DNA of 33,688 nucleotides, from positions 1-33,688 of the IMG/VR virus record IMGVR_UViG_3300012909_000001; one strand, given 5' to 3'. Shown here piece after piece: positions 29,815 to 33,688 of the stretch (position 1 is its first letter; each line of letters starts with the position of its first letter). The position numbers and the translations under genes were made by a program. The stretch is from a virus (Duplodnaviria; Heunggongvirae; Uroviricota; Caudoviricetes). The notes below the pieces were generated by a model. The model did no database searches and was not told the DNA's origin. It was given only the letters and a program-made list of their open reading frames with translations.

Positions 29815-30512
29815 TATTTACTTTGTTCTTTTAGATTATCTCTTGAGTTATTAGTTAAATCTTCAATATTCTGACTGAACATTACTACAAGTTCCTGTAA
29901 TGATAGTTCAATTACTGCATCTGCAAGATAATTATCTATAGGAAAGTCTTCTTCCAGGTAATCTACACATTCAATACATCCTTCACAACCACAATAAGAT
30001 GGAAATTTAGATGCTTCTATAGGGTCTTCAAAGAGTCCTATAACAGATACTACTTTTAACTTACTTGGTGTAGAGATATATAAATATCCATCTTGTATAA
30101 AATAATTGATTTTCTTAGAAGTGAACTTATTACCTTTCTGTGAACCCAATGCATTAATACTAATTTCATCAATTTTTAAATCTCTGTCAATTGAACTTAC
30201 ACTCTTAATGAGGTCATTAGAAAGTCCTGATAAAGGTTTGGGTAATTCATATCTGCTTCTGAGAATGTCACATCCTCTTGGTGGGATACAAGGACAATCA
30301 TGAGTAGGAACCTGTATCAATTCTACACAAGGCAGAGTCTGATAGTTCCATGCTGATATTCTTAATTTCTTTTTAGCTTCCTGTGATATAAGTCTTGACC
30401 TTACAGTGAGTAACTTATTATAGATATGTCTGTTAGACAATCTACTATCATCACTGTTTACCCCTTTAGAGTATAAGGATTGTACCCTCTGTATAAATTC
30501 ACTTACTTTCAT
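29814..30512 (-). CDS. 232-aa ring / tail tubular protein
   Basis: 'I.RV....SKG..SDDSRLSNRHIY..L...RS.LI.Q', Cys-rich 'CVEL...C.C' and 'YFI.DGYLY...V...GLFEDP' resemble crAss-like ring proteins. Confidence 0.7.
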   Translation of the reverse strand: MKVSEFIQRVQSLYSKGVNSDDSRLSNRHIYNKLLTVRSRLISQEAKKKLRISAWNYQTLPCVELIQVPTHDCPCIPPRGCDILRSRYELPKPLSGLSNDLIKSVSSIDRDLKIDEISINALGSQKGNKFTSKKINYFIQDGYLYISTPSKLKVVSVIGLFEDPIEASKFPSYCGCEGCIECVDYLEEDFPIDNYLADAVIELSLQELVVMFSQNIEDLTNNSRDNLKEQSK

Positions 30513-30518
30513 AATCTA

Positions 30519-31199
30519 TTATAATATTGCTGTCCATCTAAATATAACTGAACCTGTTAAAGGTTCAAGAGTATTTATTGTAAATCCATCTTCAGTATAA
30601 GTATCTATAAAATAACCTACAGCTGAATTTTCATTTTCTGGAGTTATAATTACAGTATATTCATCACTATCCATAGTTGCATCTAATGTAACTATAAATG
30701 CAGATTGAGTAGTAGCAGTTGTAGTATAAATACCTTGTTGTATATCTTCTCTTAAAGCTAATGTACCACCTTTAGGAATAGTGAGAGTAGAATCTTCTAA
30801 TAATGTAGATATATTTACATTTAAGAAAATTCCATTAAAATCAAAACCTCCACCATTAGTTAGGTTAATCCTGATTGGTACTGTACCAGCTCCACCTATT
30901 GAAAGAAATACATTACCTTCTCCATCATCATATATAGACATATTAGCATAGTTACCTTCTCCATCACTTGCAGTAAATCCTGGTACTGATATAAGTCCTG
31001 CAAGACTATCAAAAGATAGGTTATTACTTCCTTCAAATCCACCTGTACCATTATTTAATTGTATATTACCTATTCCACCACCAGAGGTAACTGGTGTTTG
31101 CGTATTTATGTCTAATTGTAATCTTGCTACTTGTAAAAGTAGTTTTTTTAATACTCCATAAACTTCATTTATATTCCTAACTTTATTATCTAAATTCAT
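30519..31199 (-). CDS. 226-aa putative structural protein (short fibre/decoration-like)
   Basis: N-terminal coiled coil, Gly-rich beta segments (GGGIGNIQLNNGTGGFEGS), and a C-terminal beta domain ending 'FRWTAIL', as in fibre tip domains. Confidence 0.4.
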   Translation of the reverse strand: MNLDNKVRNINEVYGVLKKLLLQVARLQLDINTQTPVTSGGGIGNIQLNNGTGGFEGSNNLSFDSLAGLISVPGFTASDGEGNYANMSIYDDGEGNVFLSIGGAGTVPIRINLTNGGGFDFNGIFLNVNISTLLEDSTLTIPKGGTLALREDIQQGIYTTTATTQSAFIVTLDATMDSDEYTVIITPENENSAVGYFIDTYTEDGFTINTLEPLTGSVIFRWTAIL

Positions 31200-31217
31200 A
31201 AATATATTTTTTAATTG

Positions 31218-31931
31218 TTATAATCTGCTTTTTAATTCTTTTTTAACTCTTGATACAAGATTCTTAGTCTTATACATTTCGAAAGAACCATCTGGTTTAA
31301 GCCATACAATTCTTCTTGATTCTACTTTAAATCCACATTGCTCAAAAAGCAATTGGTATAAAGATAACTGTATTTGATATTTATTATAAGGACTATCAAT
31401 AAGGTCTTTAAATGGTTCAAGCATTTTCTTACCTTTATAGTTCTTAAACAAATCTTCATTTGTCTTATAGTCTACTATAATAAACTTACCTGTTTTAGTA
31501 TTATACAAAAGTATATCACAGGTACCAGCTATTCCAAATAGCTCAGAGAACATTTTAAGCTCAAACAGAAAAGGAATTACATGGTCCGGAATACTATCCC
31601 AGAAATTTATAATAGCCTGTTCAAATCCATTTGTAGCAGTATCACCTTTAGAGTATGTTTCTCCAAATGAGTGTGCCTGGTTTCCTCTGTTACATGCATT
31701 GTTTTTCTTATCTTCCCATTCCTGTAATACCTCTTCTTTAGAAATACCTCTTTTCCTTGCAACAAAGAAAGCTATCTTATCTGCATCAAAAGGTTCTGAG
31801 AATTTCTTTATAATAGAAGAGACAGAACTCAAGGTCCTGTCTCTATAGTTATAAGAATGTTGTTCTGAATTAAAATCCAGATTAGCAAAGAAATCTGTTA
31901 CATGTTTCTTTTTACTATTTATATCTTTCAT
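31218..31931 (-). CDS. PD-(D/E)XK (RecB/Cas4-like) nuclease
   Basis: 'RGNQAH...ELKM...IAGTCDIL...IVDYKT...KYQIQLSLY' contains motif I (H), E, G..D, D-Y-K and Q-x-x-x-Y. Confidence 0.85.
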   Translation of the reverse strand: MKDINSKKKHVTDFFANLDFNSEQHSYNYRDRTLSSVSSIIKKFSEPFDADKIAFFVARKRGISKEEVLQEWEDKKNNACNRGNQAHSFGETYSKGDTATNGFEQAIINFWDSIPDHVIPFLFELKMFSELFGIAGTCDILLYNTKTGKFIIVDYKTNEDLFKNYKGKKMLEPFKDLIDSPYNKYQIQLSLYQLLFEQCGFKVESRRIVWLKPDGSFEMYKTKNLVSRVKKELKSRL

Positions 31932-31933
31932 TC

Positions 31934-33193
31934 TTATTTTATGTTAAATTTCATTCTGCTTACTTCTCCTTCAATTTCATCAAAGATTTGAAGATAAGCT
32001 GTTTTTGCAATACCTACGAATCCAAAGTCTTCATGCCATGAATCTGTAGTTCCTACACTTCTTAAATACTCTACTTCTACACCTGGCATATCTTTAGCTT
32101 TCAAGAATTGATATTCAAAGCCATGATGTAAATCTCCTAAATACATCTTTCTGTGTGTAGTAGTTCCCCAAATCTCTTTGGCTTCCTGAGCCATGATAAG
32201 AGGTAACTGTGCAATCTTAGATTTCTCTTTATCTCCGTGAGCAAATCCAATTAAATTTTCACCAAACTTGATGTACTTTCTTTGTCTTCTTAAAAAATCA
32301 ACTGTTACATTACTTCCTCTGAAAGCTCTTTCAAGCCAGTATCCTAATGCAGCAATCTTATCTTCATCATGGTTACCTTTAACCATTATTACATGTACAT
32401 TAGGAGCAACTGTTGCCAGTTTAACTATAGTTTCTGTAATTACATCACAGATTGCATAGTAAGCATCTTCAGGAGAACCATAGTATTCCAGTGGTGTACC
32501 CTTCTTGGTAGTAGAATTCATTCCATTAGTATGGAATAAATCATTACCTACAGGAAATACAATTGTATCTACATTCTGAGAACTTAACTCTTTAATGATT
32601 TTATTAATAGTTCTTGAAAAAGTTCCTATATTTTCTTCTAATGTAGATTCAACTCCGCAAGAAGATTTAACAGGAAGTTTATCAAGGTGAGCATCATAAA
32701 GATTTACTACTCCAAGTTTCTTGCTGAAACTGAATTCTCCTAAATCAATATCTTCTCCTAAAGAGAAATCATCATACTTTTCGAAAAGTCTGTCAATTGC
32801 AGAAACAATAGTTTCTTCTTTTTCTTTTTCCTGTAAAACAGATTTATATTTTATCCATTCTCCTCCATTTGGATTAGTAGTCACAGAAGCTATTTTAAGC
32901 CCTTCTAAGGAATAATCTTTAGATTCTGGTAATACCTTTCTGGTTTCGAATAAAACCTGTCCTGTACCATTTAAAGTTTGTTTTACAGTAACCAAATCTA
33001 ATTGGTGTCTTGTAGTTGTTTTTAAGAATCTTCTCCAAATATCATTTGCAGCAGTTCTTCTTTGTTTTGCAGAACCTTCAGGTCTGATTGAATGTCTTTC
33101 TGCTAAGTCAGACCATTTTCTAACTTTCCCTTGTTCCAGAACTTCTGAGATTAGTTCCCACTCATTTTGTTTAAATTGATTTTTCAAATCCAT
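31934..33193 (-). CDS. Calcineurin-like metallophosphoesterase with an N-terminal extension
   Basis: The five metal-binding motifs occur in order: DAH, GND(LFH), GNHD, HGD, GDLHH. Confidence 0.85.
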   Translation of the reverse strand: MDLKNQFKQNEWELISEVLEQGKVRKWSDLAERHSIRPEGSAKQRRTAANDIWRRFLKTTTRHQLDLVTVKQTLNGTGQVLFETRKVLPESKDYSLEGLKIASVTTNPNGGEWIKYKSVLQEKEKEETIVSAIDRLFEKYDDFSLGEDIDLGEFSFSKKLGVVNLYDAHLDKLPVKSSCGVESTLEENIGTFSRTINKIIKELSSQNVDTIVFPVGNDLFHTNGMNSTTKKGTPLEYYGSPEDAYYAICDVITETIVKLATVAPNVHVIMVKGNHDEDKIAALGYWLERAFRGSNVTVDFLRRQRKYIKFGENLIGFAHGDKEKSKIAQLPLIMAQEAKEIWGTTTHRKMYLGDLHHGFEYQFLKAKDMPGVEVEYLRSVGTTDSWHEDFGFVGIAKTAYLQIFDEIEGEVSRMKFNIK

Positions 33194-33204
33194 TTTTATA
33201 TAAT

Positions 33205-33234
33205 TTAATTTTAACTATGCAAAGTTAAAATTAA
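33205..33234. repeat. 30-bp inverted repeat (12-bp perfect arms, 6-nt centre), with a third AATTTTAACT copy at 33264-33273
   Basis: TTAATTTTAACT-ATGCAA-AGTTAAAATTAA read directly from the sequence. Confidence 0.7.
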
Positions 33235-33249
33235 TATTTGAATTAACAA
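33220..33249 (-). promoter_or_regulatory. Bacteroidota/Flavobacterium-type sigma70 promoter TTG-N19-TAACTTTG
   Basis: Minus strand: TTG (33247-33249), 19-nt spacer (33228-33246), TAACTTTG (33220-33227), 26 nt upstream of the phosphoesterase ATG. Confidence 0.75.
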
Positions 33250-33275
33250 TCAAATTATAGCTAAATTTTAACTTT

Positions 33276-33617
33276 TTATTCTTCAAAATTAGCTTCTTTG
33301 TTAACACCTAATTTAGCTTTTACTATATCAGAAAGGTTTCCTATGAGTTCTTGTAGCTCATCTAAAATTGCCTTACTGAATGTACCAGATACACCGCATG
33401 CTACAAATATAATTGTATCTTCTTTAATTCCGAAATAATCTTTACATAAAATCCCTACGCAGAATGCAACAAACATTGATATTACAACTGAACCAAGGAA
33501 ATCTTTAAAAGACATGTTTGTTCTGAGTCTATGTATTATAGACCCAATAGCTCCCCCTATTATGTAGGGGGAGAATTTTCTTAGATTCTCAACTAAGAAT
33601 GCTAATGTTTGGTCCAT
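33276..33617 (-). CDS. 113-aa holin-like membrane protein
   Basis: Two to three hydrophobic segments (YIIGGAIGSII; FLGSVVISMFVAFCVGIL; IIFVACGVSG) and a charged C-terminus. Confidence 0.65.
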   Translation of the reverse strand: MDQTLAFLVENLRKFSPYIIGGAIGSIIHRLRTNMSFKDFLGSVVISMFVAFCVGILCKDYFGIKEDTIIFVACGVSGTFSKAILDELQELIGNLSDIVKAKLGVNKEANFEE

Positions 33618-33630
33618 ATAAATTTATTTA

Positions 33631-33687
33631 TTATGTAGCTATATCTGTAACTATTCCATTTACATATGTCAATACTATTTGATTACT
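33631..33687 (-). CDS. C-terminal end of an upstream gene (..SNQIVLTYVNGIVTDIAT*), truncated by the window edge
   Basis: Open frame from the window edge to TAA at 33631-33633, 13 nt before the holin ATG. Confidence 0.45.
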   Translation of the reverse strand, partial: SNQIVLTYVNGIVTDIAT

Positions 33688-33688
33688 T

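Larger units (their letters stand above)
1..33688. mobile_element. crAss-like bacteriophage genome segment (virion/ejection/vRNAP module)
   Basis: Gene order ring - IHF-like - ring - muzzle - cargo - cargo - giant DFDID RNAP - giant ejection protein matches the known crAss-like layout. Dense co-oriented genes, AT-rich sequence, Bacteroidota-type promoter motifs, no host housekeeping genes. Confidence 0.93.

Noticed and set aside
31218-31931. CRISPR-associated Cas4 or a CRISPR locus
   Set aside because: No repeat-spacer array or other cas genes were seen and the Fe-S cysteine cluster of Cas4 is absent. It is best called a stand-alone PD-(D/E)XK nuclease.
754-32915. Numerous short ORFs in the track (60-140 aa), mostly on the + strand, nested within long minus-strand genes
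   Set aside because: They are antisense or out-of-frame shadows of long genes, with S/L/I/F-rich composition, no motifs and no independent initiation context.
509-33617. Alternative genetic code (TAG/TGA reassignment) as in some crAss-like phages
   Set aside because: The genes are full length and tightly packed under code 11, with no fragmented ORFs.
1-33688. tRNA, rRNA, ncRNA, DGR or integrase/att sites
   Set aside because: Intergenic gaps are under about 85 bp and AT-rich. I recognised no cloverleaf, long duplicated template/variable repeat, reverse transcriptase or recombinase motif.

Overview
The window is a fragment of a crAss-like (Crassvirales-type) phage of a Bacteroidota host, probably Flavobacterium-like. 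Almost all of it is one minus-strand virion/ejection module, read right to left: holin-like protein, metallophosphoesterase, PD-(D/E)XK nuclease, small structural protein, ring protein, IHF/HU-like protein, ring protein, 1846-aa muzzle/tail-stabilisation protein, two cargo/ejection proteins (562 and 520 aa), a 4325-aa virion RNA polymerase polyprotein (DFDID motif, zincin-like EExxH, C-terminal GNAT) and a 2001-aa ejection protein. It converges at a bidirectional terminator (~468-507) with the end of a plus-strand module. The best candidate for an undescribed system is in the injected giant proteins. They appear to be modular polyproteins carrying acetyltransferase-fold cargo (one clear GNAT, one divergent GNAT-like domain), with a recurring E-F-S-x-R motif at domain boundaries and an in-cis zincin-like domain. 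The four putative ejected proteins (7408 aa) contain only two cysteines: the last residue of the RNAP and residue 3 of the next protein. Also notable are a vWA/MIDAS-like insert and a hydrophobic hairpin in the muzzle, codon-level GATC avoidance, extreme CpG depletion, and a TTG-N19-TAnnTTTG promoter inside a 30-bp palindrome. All family assignments come from motif recognition by eye; no searches were run.
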